Virus record (IMG/VR): IMGVR_UViG_3300026097_000013
Location: 1 to 64,000 of that record
Source of the DNA: a virus
DNA: 64,000 nt
Reading direction: 5' to 3' (one strand)
Shown: positions 25,285 through 33,498 of the stretch, in pieces
Layout: each line of letters opens with the position of its first letter
How positions within the stretch are numbered: the first letter of the stretch is position 1
Notes under the pieces: generated by a model
The model's input: only the letters and a program-made list of their open reading frames with translations
Database searches by the model: none
Told to the model about the DNA's origin: nothing
Program-made: the position numbers and the translations under genes

Positions 25285-27077
25285 TATCTCAAGCCAGCCA
25301 GTTCTCTCATACGATCGTGTTCAGCAGGATCAGACATTATTGGCTGCGATTGCTGATATGCTTCAAATGTCTGATTAACTGATTCGATAAATGCCTTAGC
25401 AGGTTCTATGAACTGCTCGCCGTAATCTTTCTCTACCATGGTAAGTACAGCAGTTTCGCCTTTTGGAAACTCGCCTGTTTCTCTGTCGTAGTATGAAAGT
25501 ATAAACTCGCCTAGTGGTGTCTTAGCTTCTTTTTCTAGTGTGATTTCGTCACCGTCTGGACCTTTGACTTTGTCGCCTTTTTTCTTACCATCCATTTTGG
25601 CTTTGCGTACAGCATGTGCAAATGCATTGCCTTCGTCTGCATCTTGCTCATCTTCAAAGGAAATGCCTTCAACTTTTTTACAGCTACCTTTTTCGCCTGC
25701 TTTTTTTCCTGGTACTTTACGATAGCCTTTCCAACACTTGTCATATATCTTGCTGTTTCCGTGACGTTCGCCTTCTTCTACATCAGACTCATTTTTCTTT
25801 TTCTTTCTCATCGAAGAACATGCTTCTTCAATTTCTTCTTCAGTCATGCCTAGTGTAGTCCAGCTTTGATTGCCGCACTCTTCACATACGTCTTCTGAGA
25901 ACTGACCCATCGATGCTTCGAATGCTGCTTCTAGTTCAATTTCTTCTTTTGTTTTCTTTTCAGCCTTGCTGTACTTGTCTTTTAGTCTGCCTAGTTCTTC
26001 TTGACTAGCGCCGTCACGTCCTGCTTGTGCTGCCTTTTTCATATATTCTTTACCGTGCTTCTTAACACCTGTGTAATATTGTAAGCCTGATTCGTCTACT
26101 AAGTCGTCTGGACCTAGTTCTTTAGCCTTCGTGCCTTCTTTTACTAGGTTGTAAATGTACGGAAATACATCTGCTAGTTCTTCGTTAAATTGTTTGATAG
26201 TTAATTCGTCAATCCAATTTTCAGCAACATCACTAGGAACATCTTCTAGAACTGGGGTTTCAAATGCTTCAAATGTCTCTTTGTAGAATGCTGGTTTTTG
26301 TAGTGACTCGATTGTTTTCTTTACTGTGGAAATACGCTCCTTAACAATGTCCATATAACCACTTAGACTTTCTGCCATTACAGCACTACGGCCCATGTAG
26401 TTCTTAAACTTGCGTAGCTTACCCATTTCTTCCGATAGGCCTACAATATGTTTACCGAAGTCATCGTATGCTGTACCACCTTCTGCTACGTGACGAGCCA
26501 TTGCTCTTGCGCCACTTAGGTGTTTGTAAGGATAACGGAATCTTTCGCCTTCAGGTGATTCGATATAAATCTTACCGATTTTTTGTGTGCGTCCTGTAGC
26601 AGTTTCTTGATTAATACTTTCTGTATGCTTAATCATTATACGTGCTTCGCCTACATTTTGGTAGCTAATACGGCTTGTTCCATATAACTTTGATTCGTTC
26701 ATTGTTTCATCCCCAGTACGAGTTGCTAAAAATTTGTAATCTCTTTTGTTTAAATTTGACTTGTTTACGTCTCTTACACTAAATTCTAACATACGTTTTT
26801 TACTAAAAATACGTAGTTCTTTTAAGAAGTTGTACCATTCATCTTGTGTCATTTCGTCTTGACCTTCAATAAAGTCTTTTGAATATATCACTGTTAGACC
26901 ATCATCTTCAGAAATACTTACACTTACTTTACCTAAGCCATTATAATCAAAATCAAAGAAGCGAGCATCTAGTGGCTCATTAGTAACTGTGCCACTATCG
27001 TCACCTATAGTAACTTCAGAAAATCTGCCTCTAATCTTATTAAAGAGATCTTCGCCTATCTTGTCAAAATCTATCAT
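25284..27077 (-). CDS. Probable head or internal protein with inserted basic peptide modules
   Basis: Late leaderless promoter; Glu-rich linkers flanking Lys-rich modules; C-terminal RMRELAGL. Confidence 0.6.
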   Translation of the reverse strand: MIDFDKIGEDLFNKIRGRFSEVTIGDDSGTVTNEPLDARFFDFDYNGLGKVSVSISEDDGLTVIYSKDFIEGQDEMTQDEWYNFLKELRIFSKKRMLEFSVRDVNKSNLNKRDYKFLATRTGDETMNESKLYGTSRISYQNVGEARIMIKHTESINQETATGRTQKIGKIYIESPEGERFRYPYKHLSGARAMARHVAEGGTAYDDFGKHIVGLSEEMGKLRKFKNYMGRSAVMAESLSGYMDIVKERISTVKKTIESLQKPAFYKETFEAFETPVLEDVPSDVAENWIDELTIKQFNEELADVFPYIYNLVKEGTKAKELGPDDLVDESGLQYYTGVKKHGKEYMKKAAQAGRDGASQEELGRLKDKYSKAEKKTKEEIELEAAFEASMGQFSEDVCEECGNQSWTTLGMTEEEIEEACSSMRKKKKNESDVEEGERHGNSKIYDKCWKGYRKVPGKKAGEKGSCKKVEGISFEDEQDADEGNAFAHAVRKAKMDGKKKGDKVKGPDGDEITLEKEAKTPLGEFILSYYDRETGEFPKGETAVLTMVEKDYGEQFIEPAKAFIESVNQTFEAYQQSQPIMSDPAEHDRMRELAGLR

Positions 27078-27087
27078 ATTGTATTTA

Positions 27088-28668
27088 TCAATAGTTCGTG
27101 CTTATAAAGATAGGCATTGGTGCTTCGTAATCTTCAAAATCTTCTGTTTGATTAAAAGTATTATACACTCTTGGATCCCAATCTTTAAGAACGTCCATCA
27201 TCCTTATTGCTAATAGTGTTGCGCTAACCAAATCATCTGACATTCCTGATTTTGCCTGATAGCTTGTATTAGTTGCTACAAAACCCTTTAGTTCTGATAC
27301 TAAAGGTTTTGATCGAATCATCATTTTATTATTTTCGATCATAGTTTTTAATCTACTACAGGCTGTAATCTTAGTACCATGAGTAGTGTTAAATCCTTTG
27401 CGGAATTTGCGTACATGTCCTTTGCGCATAGGTTCACTCACAAACAAGCCCGGTATGTTTTCTTCCCCAAAATCGTTTATAACAATTAGTGCTGCTTCTC
27501 CAATGCCATTGTTTTCTACACTCCAATAAACGCCGTTTGGATTCTTAATTTCTTGTGCTATATAATTGCAAATATCAGCAAGCACACGAACCTGTCCCGG
27601 TATAGCAGTTTGATTGTGTTGCCATTCTGCTACTTGTTCATAGCTAGGAAGTTCAAACACTTGTATAGCAGCATTGTCTCCACCTGTGCCCATACTAGGA
27701 TCTAGTGCTACACAATAAGTGTATTGACTAGTTGGCTTTTTATACCAGCGTGTTTGACCCATGTTAAGTATAGGCGTTTCTCCGTCCATAGTCGATAGTT
27801 TTAAACTATTAATTAGTGTTTCGTCAAAAACTAGGAATTCACAACCGTATTCACGACGGAATTTTTCTTCGCCGATACGTCCAATTTCTTCCTCTTTCCA
27901 TTTTTCGTCACGATCTGGATGTTCGTCCCATTGTGCAACAAAACTATGGAAACCGTTTGAACCTAGTTCTTGTTCGTTGCCATGTGCATCAAACTTTTCT
28001 TCTGCTTGTTTCCAAATAGTCGCAAATGTATCTTCGTCTGAGTTAGGTGTTGATGTAATAATAGCACGACCACCTGTTGCTAGAGTAGGTGATATCGAAG
28101 TCCAAAATTCTTCAGCAATGTTAGGTTGCACAAATGCAAATTCGTCACAATATAGTAGCGAAATCGACATACCACGTCCTGTGTTGCCTGTTGTTGTTTG
28201 TGCTACAATGCGTGATCCGTTTTCAAATTCAATCGATTGTTTGTTGTAACTGGTAACACCTGCTCTAATATGATCTGGACATGTTTCATACACAAAACGT
28301 ATACGTGACATAATCTCTTGCGCACCTGTGTATTTGTGTGCTGCTACAAGAATAGTTTGATCTGGATTAAACATCGCATACCATGCTAGGTAGATACTTG
28401 CACATGTAGTTTTACCTGTTTGTCTAGGCATCATGTTAATATTAAAGCGATAGTTATGATAACTATGCATTAATCGTAGCTGATACTCATAAGGATCAAA
28501 TAACAATTTACCTTTTACAGGGTGTTGGATAAAAGCAAACTTACGAGCAAAGTACAAGTACCCTTCGTCAGGATCCATGCATTGCATAAGGTCGTTAATT
28601 TGCTCTTCTGTATATGTTTCTTGTTTATTCGCCTTTTTAATTAAGACGCCGTCTAATGATGCTGCCAT
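27088..28668 (-). CDS. terL: Terminase large subunit (T4 gp17-like)
   Basis: PRQTGKTT, LLYCDEFAF, ITSTPNS, ALDPSMG, DDLVSA; start moved to MAASL. Confidence 0.95.
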   Translation of the reverse strand: MAASLDGVLIKKANKQETYTEEQINDLMQCMDPDEGYLYFARKFAFIQHPVKGKLLFDPYEYQLRLMHSYHNYRFNINMMPRQTGKTTCASIYLAWYAMFNPDQTILVAAHKYTGAQEIMSRIRFVYETCPDHIRAGVTSYNKQSIEFENGSRIVAQTTTGNTGRGMSISLLYCDEFAFVQPNIAEEFWTSISPTLATGGRAIITSTPNSDEDTFATIWKQAEEKFDAHGNEQELGSNGFHSFVAQWDEHPDRDEKWKEEEIGRIGEEKFRREYGCEFLVFDETLINSLKLSTMDGETPILNMGQTRWYKKPTSQYTYCVALDPSMGTGGDNAAIQVFELPSYEQVAEWQHNQTAIPGQVRVLADICNYIAQEIKNPNGVYWSVENNGIGEAALIVINDFGEENIPGLFVSEPMRKGHVRKFRKGFNTTHGTKITACSRLKTMIENNKMMIRSKPLVSELKGFVATNTSYQAKSGMSDDLVSATLLAIRMMDVLKDWDPRVYNTFNQTEDFEDYEAPMPIFISTNY

Positions 28669-28682
28669 ATCAATATTTACCC

Positions 28683-28710
28683 AAAAAAATAGCACCCGAA
28701 GGTGCTATTT
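28683..28710 (-). terminator. Rho-independent terminator with UUCG tetraloop
   Basis: AAATAGCACC-TTCG-GGTGCTATTT followed by TTTT. Confidence 0.88.
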
Positions 28711-28729
28711 GATATAATTTCACTGTAGA

Positions 28730-29551
28730 TTATTGCATACGTTTCTTGGCTCTATTCATGCCTTTAGTTCTTTTAGCATTTCTTTTCTGCAACTCTTGGT
28801 TTGCTTTCCAGTCGTTAGTTGAACCGTCTCTTTTGAGAATATCATCAGTGTTGTCACGGTCAACTTTTGCATTTTTAGTATAACGCTTTGCCATGTCGCT
28901 CGAGATTTCGTCAAGCGCTGATTCGTTTTTCTTTTTAAACTGCGCAGGCACTTCACCTTTTTTAGGTTTACTACCTTTGTCTTTAAGTGCCTTCTTCATT
29001 GGCTCTTTTTTATCGCCGTCTTTGTCAACATCTAAAAAGTCTGGCTTAGATTTCTTTTCGCTTAGTGCTGCCATTAGCTGTGCTTTAATAGCTTCTACAG
29101 CCATTGCATTGTCGCCATCTTGTGCAGCAGCATATGCTTTCTTCTCACGGTTAAGACCACCGCTTAGATCTTTGGTCATGTACTTGTGATCTTGATACTC
29201 TGCATCTGGCTCATTATCGTAACCTTCATCAGTGTCAATTTCGTCTTCTACAGGCTCCATTTCTTCGTTTGGATCTTCCATGCCTGGTTCGTCCATAATA
29301 CCTGACAAGCGTTCCATGTCCATGCGTGGCGAAAGTGTTTTAGCACTTACAGGTTCTGCTGCGCCCATGCCTGCGTTTTTCATCATGTTGATAAGATCGT
29401 CAACGTGTTCTTTGCCGCTAGCATTTAAATTAACACTCATTGTCACTGGATTGCCTTTGTCCATTTCCGGTGCTGGCATTGCAGCAGGCATCTCTGTCAT
29501 ACCACATTCTTCAATGTGATCCATTGATTCGATTAATTTCTTCATATTCAT
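28730..29551 (-). CDS. Probable internal head or scaffold-type protein
   Basis: Acidic/basic low-complexity modules, KPDFLDVDKDGDKKEPMKKA, MERLSGI; in the head cluster. Confidence 0.55.
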   Translation of the reverse strand: MNMKKLIESMDHIEECGMTEMPAAMPAPEMDKGNPVTMSVNLNASGKEHVDDLINMMKNAGMGAAEPVSAKTLSPRMDMERLSGIMDEPGMEDPNEEMEPVEDEIDTDEGYDNEPDAEYQDHKYMTKDLSGGLNREKKAYAAAQDGDNAMAVEAIKAQLMAALSEKKSKPDFLDVDKDGDKKEPMKKALKDKGSKPKKGEVPAQFKKKNESALDEISSDMAKRYTKNAKVDRDNTDDILKRDGSTNDWKANQELQKRNAKRTKGMNRAKKRMQ

Positions 29552-29555
29552 AATT

Positions 29556-30113
29556 TCAGCCTCCTACAACTGCTTTAGTATTTTCTGCATCACCAATATC
29601 AGATGATTCTCCAACTGGAGCACCTTCTGCACCGCTGTGTTTGTTTTCCTTGCGAGCAGTTTCTAATTCTTTTAATAAATCCATAACACGATTACCGCCA
29701 ACTGATTCTTGAGCACTTTCGCCGCCCATATCTTCAGTAGTTAACATTGCTTCATAAGGTGCATCGTCTTTGGTTTCTTGATATTCTTCTCTTGGATCAT
29801 TTGCATTACGCACAATAATGTGTGCTTGATCAATGCCACAGCATTTACCCAAATACTCTTGTAATACTTGCGGAGTAGTAGGATATTCAACAACAGCTTC
29901 AAAATATGTAACTTCCATATTTTGTAATTGTGGAAAGTCTAGCGGGCGTTCTTGAATTGGAGTTTTCTTACCTGATGACATATTAGAAACATTAAACTTT
30001 TTAAGCGATGTTTCCATTGAGTCTTCAAAGCCTTCTGGTAAAGGCCCGGCGACTCCAATTTTAAATTCATAAGTCTTTTTAGACTCTGTTAGTATATCTT
30101 TAAATGATCTCAT
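29556..30113 (-). CDS. Hypothetical head-cluster protein
   Basis: 185-aa ORF; N-terminal SFKDILTES; late promoter with AGGA SD. Confidence 0.7.
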   Translation of the reverse strand: MRSFKDILTESKKTYEFKIGVAGPLPEGFEDSMETSLKKFNVSNMSSGKKTPIQERPLDFPQLQNMEVTYFEAVVEYPTTPQVLQEYLGKCCGIDQAHIIVRNANDPREEYQETKDDAPYEAMLTTEDMGGESAQESVGGNRVMDLLKELETARKENKHSGAEGAPVGESSDIGDAENTKAVVGG

Positions 30114-30139
30114 TGCGCATTGATCCTGTTCTATATATA

Positions 30140-30643
30140 TTATTTATCTTTATCTAGCCCTTTTAAGCGCTCTAATAGACTATTACGATCTGTAATGATA
30201 GCACCTTCGCCGTTGACTATATTTCCATCGCCGGTGCCTGCATTATCTTTATCCATCTTTTCTTTTTTAAGTTGTAATTCAACCATTTTTAATTTTTTAT
30301 CTAGTTTAGCAACTTTAGCATCTAAACTTGTTTTTAACATGCCGCCTGCTACTTCCATAATTCTTCCGGCATATCGACTTTCAACATTCATACCTAAATC
30401 CATTAGATCATCGTATGCTGTCATTGCTTTATCAGCAACTTCGTTAAGTTCTTTGTCGGCCATTTCTCCCAAGCCTTTAACGGCAGGAAGTGCAGAACTT
30501 ATTTTATCAAATTCTGCAATATCGCGAAATGTCTGATCGCGTTCGATTTCATGTTTGTTTTGTTCAACTTCTTGCGCTTCAGCTTCTTCAACAATTTCTT
30601 TTGAATCCGGAAGATTAAGAAGGTCTTCTAATTTTTTTGTCAT
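30140..30643 (-). CDS. Putative terminase small subunit (gp16-like)
   Basis: RIMEVAGGMLK resembles gp16 RAYEVAGQLIK; coiled coil; C-terminal DRNSLL; near terL. Confidence 0.5.
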   Translation of the reverse strand: MTKKLEDLLNLPDSKEIVEEAEAQEVEQNKHEIERDQTFRDIAEFDKISSALPAVKGLGEMADKELNEVADKAMTAYDDLMDLGMNVESRYAGRIMEVAGGMLKTSLDAKVAKLDKKLKMVELQLKKEKMDKDNAGTGDGNIVNGEGAIITDRNSLLERLKGLDKDK

Positions 30644-30672
30644 GGGTCCAATCCATTATATGCTACTATTAT

Positions 30673-31110
30673 TTATCTTCTTCTTCCAGTATGGAAAATG
30701 TCTTCTTCAGTAACAATTCTAAAATAGATCTTTTTTTGTTTGCACCATGCTCTAGCTGCTTCCCATTTGGCTTGATTAACGACATAATGTGCTTGGTTAT
30801 GTTTACTACGTCCAAGTCTTTCTTTTCGTGCTTGATTACTAGGCTTAACTTCAATAAGCTCTACTCGTTGCTTTCCGCCTTTGTCTGCGTAAACAATGAA
30901 AAAGTCAGGCACATAGATAGTTTGTTTTCCTGTAAGAGGATTACGATAGGGTATACGTATTGCTTCACTTGCCCATTGGCTAACACTAGGATGCTCATCA
31001 CAGAACTTCATAAAAGTAAATTCCCAACCACTGCGATATGTAGGAGTTTTTGTACCTACATATTTTTCAGGATGTTTGAGATTAAATTTACCCTGTGCAA
31101 ATCGTCCCAT
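30673..31110 (-). CDS. Head completion nuclease (T4 gp4-like, TnsA-type PD-(D/E)xK)
   Basis: PEKYVG..YRSGWE..FCD..WASE..YVPDF..IEVKP..NQAKWEAA. Confidence 0.85.
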   Translation of the reverse strand: MGRFAQGKFNLKHPEKYVGTKTPTYRSGWEFTFMKFCDEHPSVSQWASEAIRIPYRNPLTGKQTIYVPDFFIVYADKGGKQRVELIEVKPSNQARKERLGRSKHNQAHYVVNQAKWEAARAWCKQKKIYFRIVTEEDIFHTGRRR

Positions 31111-31481
31111 TATACAATAATATTTCTCTGTTCTACTAGAAGTGTTTGTGTAGCAGTTCTGTATCCAATTTTGCTACTTTTACCTCTATTATAGTTAAGT
31201 ATCTGCGCAACAATATTACTAAGTTGAACGTCATTGACGCCTTTTAGTGTATCGATTAATTGAAATACGGTAATTTGATCTACTTCTGCTTGTTGTAGTA
31301 GTACACTTGCAGTATTAATAGCTGCAATTCTATCAAAGCCACGTTTTAAAAAATAACCTATTACTGCATCAACTTCACTGGCATTGTAACTGATTTCTCT
31401 ATTATAGAAATTATCAAAAAATCTTGCAGTAAGTTCTTTAGTGGTTAAATTTGATAGATCTGATGTTGTTGTTTCTGACAT
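31110..31481 (-). CDS. Hypothetical protein
   Basis: 123-aa ORF coupled to the gp4-like gene. Confidence 0.7.
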   Translation of the reverse strand: MSETTTSDLSNLTTKELTARFFDNFYNREISYNASEVDAVIGYFLKRGFDRIAAINTASVLLQQAEVDQITVFQLIDTLKGVNDVQLSNIVAQILNYNRGKSSKIGYRTATQTLLVEQRNIIV

Positions 31482-31493
31482 ATTATTTTTCCA

Positions 31494-32675
31494 TTATTTG
31501 TTTGCAGCAATAGCATTACTAGCAAACTGAGCTAGTTTTTGATTTCCAGAGGTTGCTTGATTTATAGCATCATCCATTATAGCCCTGCGCTGAAAGGCAT
31601 CAAGTTGTCTATAATCTAAATAGCTGTTGACGCCGTCTTCGTCAACAACAATAGTTCCACTGTTAATCGCTTGTGCAATAAATGCTGTTCTTGCTGCTTG
31701 ATTATCACTTAGTCCACTGGCAATAGCTGCACTTGATAATAGCGGAGCATCTGCGCCACTTGGAGGAACAACCGAACTACTACTGGATGTTGAAGGTATT
31801 TCTGTTCCTGGTAAAGCAGGATTTGGTGAAGGCTGTTGCGGCGAAAAAATACCAGCTGTGCCTGGTGTATTAAAATTTTGATTTGTGTTATTTTCTGTAG
31901 TTGTTACACTTGGAGATGCTGTTTTTAATGACGGCGCGGATGCTCCGCCTGCACTACTAACTATATCATGTGTAGTTGTATCATAACCAGTTACAGGATC
32001 TGTAAAGTTTGTAGGTTCGCTGTTTGCTCCTACATCGCCGTTGCCATAAAACACCGCTTCATATGCAAATGTTATTGTATGTTCTACCATGCCTGCGCCT
32101 TCGGCATATGCTACATCGCCGTGATTCCATTGTGACAACATTGGATTGACTAGAGTATATCTATTCCATTTGTTTTTGCCCATTTGGTATATGTGAATAT
32201 ACTTAAAGAAGCCTTTATTTTCTCTATGAGATTTTGTGTTTAATCCGTAGTTAGAAGGAGCACCAGAATGATATTTATCACGTTGTTCGTAACTGCCGTC
32301 TGAATCAGTATGTCTGCCGTCTTCTATATAATATTGATAATATTCTGTAAGCATACTTCTTACACTGCCTACATTATCGTCCCATAGACGCATTTGCACA
32401 TCTTGATAATCGATTCTAGTCTGCATATTCTTTTTACGATTATATTGTTGTTTGTTTTCTAAATTAACTCTAAATGCAGGCAAATCTGTACTATTAACTA
32501 GCATTGCTATTTCTTTAGAAAATGCATCTGTATTTGGTTTTGACGGATCAGGAACATCTTGATGCGGGACAAATACTACATGATAAAGGTATTTGACTTT
32601 TGGACTAAATGCATGTCCAAAGTTGCTATAAAATTGGTTGGCGTGGCGCCAGTCTCTAAGATGTAGTATACTCAT
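31494..32675 (-). CDS. Tail-tube-fold baseplate/tube initiator protein (gp19/gp48/gp54-like)
   Basis: STDLPAF...QYNRK...IDYQDVQMRLWDD...ITFAYE; follows the tube gene. Confidence 0.65.
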   Translation of the reverse strand: MSILHLRDWRHANQFYSNFGHAFSPKVKYLYHVVFVPHQDVPDPSKPNTDAFSKEIAMLVNSTDLPAFRVNLENKQQYNRKKNMQTRIDYQDVQMRLWDDNVGSVRSMLTEYYQYYIEDGRHTDSDGSYEQRDKYHSGAPSNYGLNTKSHRENKGFFKYIHIYQMGKNKWNRYTLVNPMLSQWNHGDVAYAEGAGMVEHTITFAYEAVFYGNGDVGANSEPTNFTDPVTGYDTTTHDIVSSAGGASAPSLKTASPSVTTTENNTNQNFNTPGTAGIFSPQQPSPNPALPGTEIPSTSSSSSVVPPSGADAPLLSSAAIASGLSDNQAARTAFIAQAINSGTIVVDEDGVNSYLDYRQLDAFQRRAIMDDAINQATSGNQKLAQFASNAIAANK

Positions 32676-32710
32676 AGTAATATTTATCTTTATATATTAT
32701 GTGTATATAT

Positions 32711-32747
32711 AAAGAAAAGCAAGAGCCGAGACTCTTGCTTTCTTTTT
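32711..32747. terminator. Bidirectional rho-independent terminator after the tail tube gene
   Basis: AAAGCAAGAG/CTCTTGCTTT stem, 6-nt loop, A-rich and T-rich flanks. Confidence 0.82.
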
Positions 32748-32775
32748 GAAATAGACTACCAATCTAACTAAAATA

Positions 32776-33423
32776 TTAGTCTGTTGATAGTGTTCCGCCG
32801 ACGTCACCTGCTGTGAATCTTGTTTCTTCAGATCCAACGCCTGTGCGTGTGTCACCGTTCTCACCAAACTGAATTGCGTTATCATAACGAATAGATAGTG
32901 TAGTAGTAACAGCATCACTTGTTGCGTATGCTAATGTGTTGTAGTTTGCACTTTCAAGATAGCATCCAACTAGCGTGTAGTTGTCAACAACATTTGCGCC
33001 GTTTGCGCCGTTGCCGCCGTCTAGTATTTCGATGATTGTTTTAAACTTATAAGAACCACCTGATACAGCACTTGACTGCTCGAAGAAATCAAACTGCTTC
33101 TGTAGCTGTTTACCAACCATCTTCTGTACGTTATTATTTGCATCTTCACGTAGAGTAAGAGTAATTGGTTCCCATGTGTGCTTACCAGCTAGGTAAGTTC
33201 TTGAGTTATATGCGTCTAATGTCATTTGTTCAAATGAAACATTTGGACGAGTTACGTCAACAACTTGACGTGTTAGTTCTTTTAGGCCATCGCCTGTATC
33301 CGGTCCGCCGAAGCCTTCAAATAGCACTCTAAAGCGATATTGTAGCTTTGGCATTAGAAGGTTAGCATTGCTGTTTGCGCCTTCGTTAGGTACCGAAATA
33401 TTCTGTAGTGTTGTGATTGGCAT
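32776..33423 (-). CDS. Tail tube protein (gp19-like)
   Basis: PKLQYRFRV, RPNVSF, GKHTWEPITLTLRED, LVGC, IRYDNA; downstream of the sheath gene. Confidence 0.88.
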   Translation of the reverse strand: MPITTLQNISVPNEGANSNANLLMPKLQYRFRVLFEGFGGPDTGDGLKELTRQVVDVTRPNVSFEQMTLDAYNSRTYLAGKHTWEPITLTLREDANNNVQKMVGKQLQKQFDFFEQSSAVSGGSYKFKTIIEILDGGNGANGANVVDNYTLVGCYLESANYNTLAYATSDAVTTTLSIRYDNAIQFGENGDTRTGVGSEETRFTAGDVGGTLSTD

Positions 33424-33457
33424 TCTAATCTCCTGTTACATTAATATTTATGCCACT

Positions 33458-33483
33458 ATAGGCTGGGTGTTATCCCAGCCTAT
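33458..33483. other. Perfect 10-bp hairpin between sheath and tube genes (no U-tract)
   Basis: ATAGGCTGGG-TGTTAT-CCCAGCCTAT. Confidence 0.6.
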
Positions 33484-33498
33484 TATGTGCGCATATTA

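Noticed and set aside
27761-28249. Long antisense ORFs (also 35018-35524, 30120-30536, 30637-31194, 3280-3675 and others)
   Set aside because: They lie entirely opposite well-supported genes, are Ser/Leu-rich as expected for antisense frames, and lack promoter or SD support.
1743-28668. Inteins or group I introns in helicase, UvsW, UvsX or terminase
   Set aside because: Lengths and motif spacing are normal, with no Hint motifs or interruptions.
30673-31110. TnsA-like nuclease as evidence of a Tn7-like transposon
   Set aside because: No TnsB/TnsC or terminal repeats are present, and the context matches the T4 gp4 head-completion protein.
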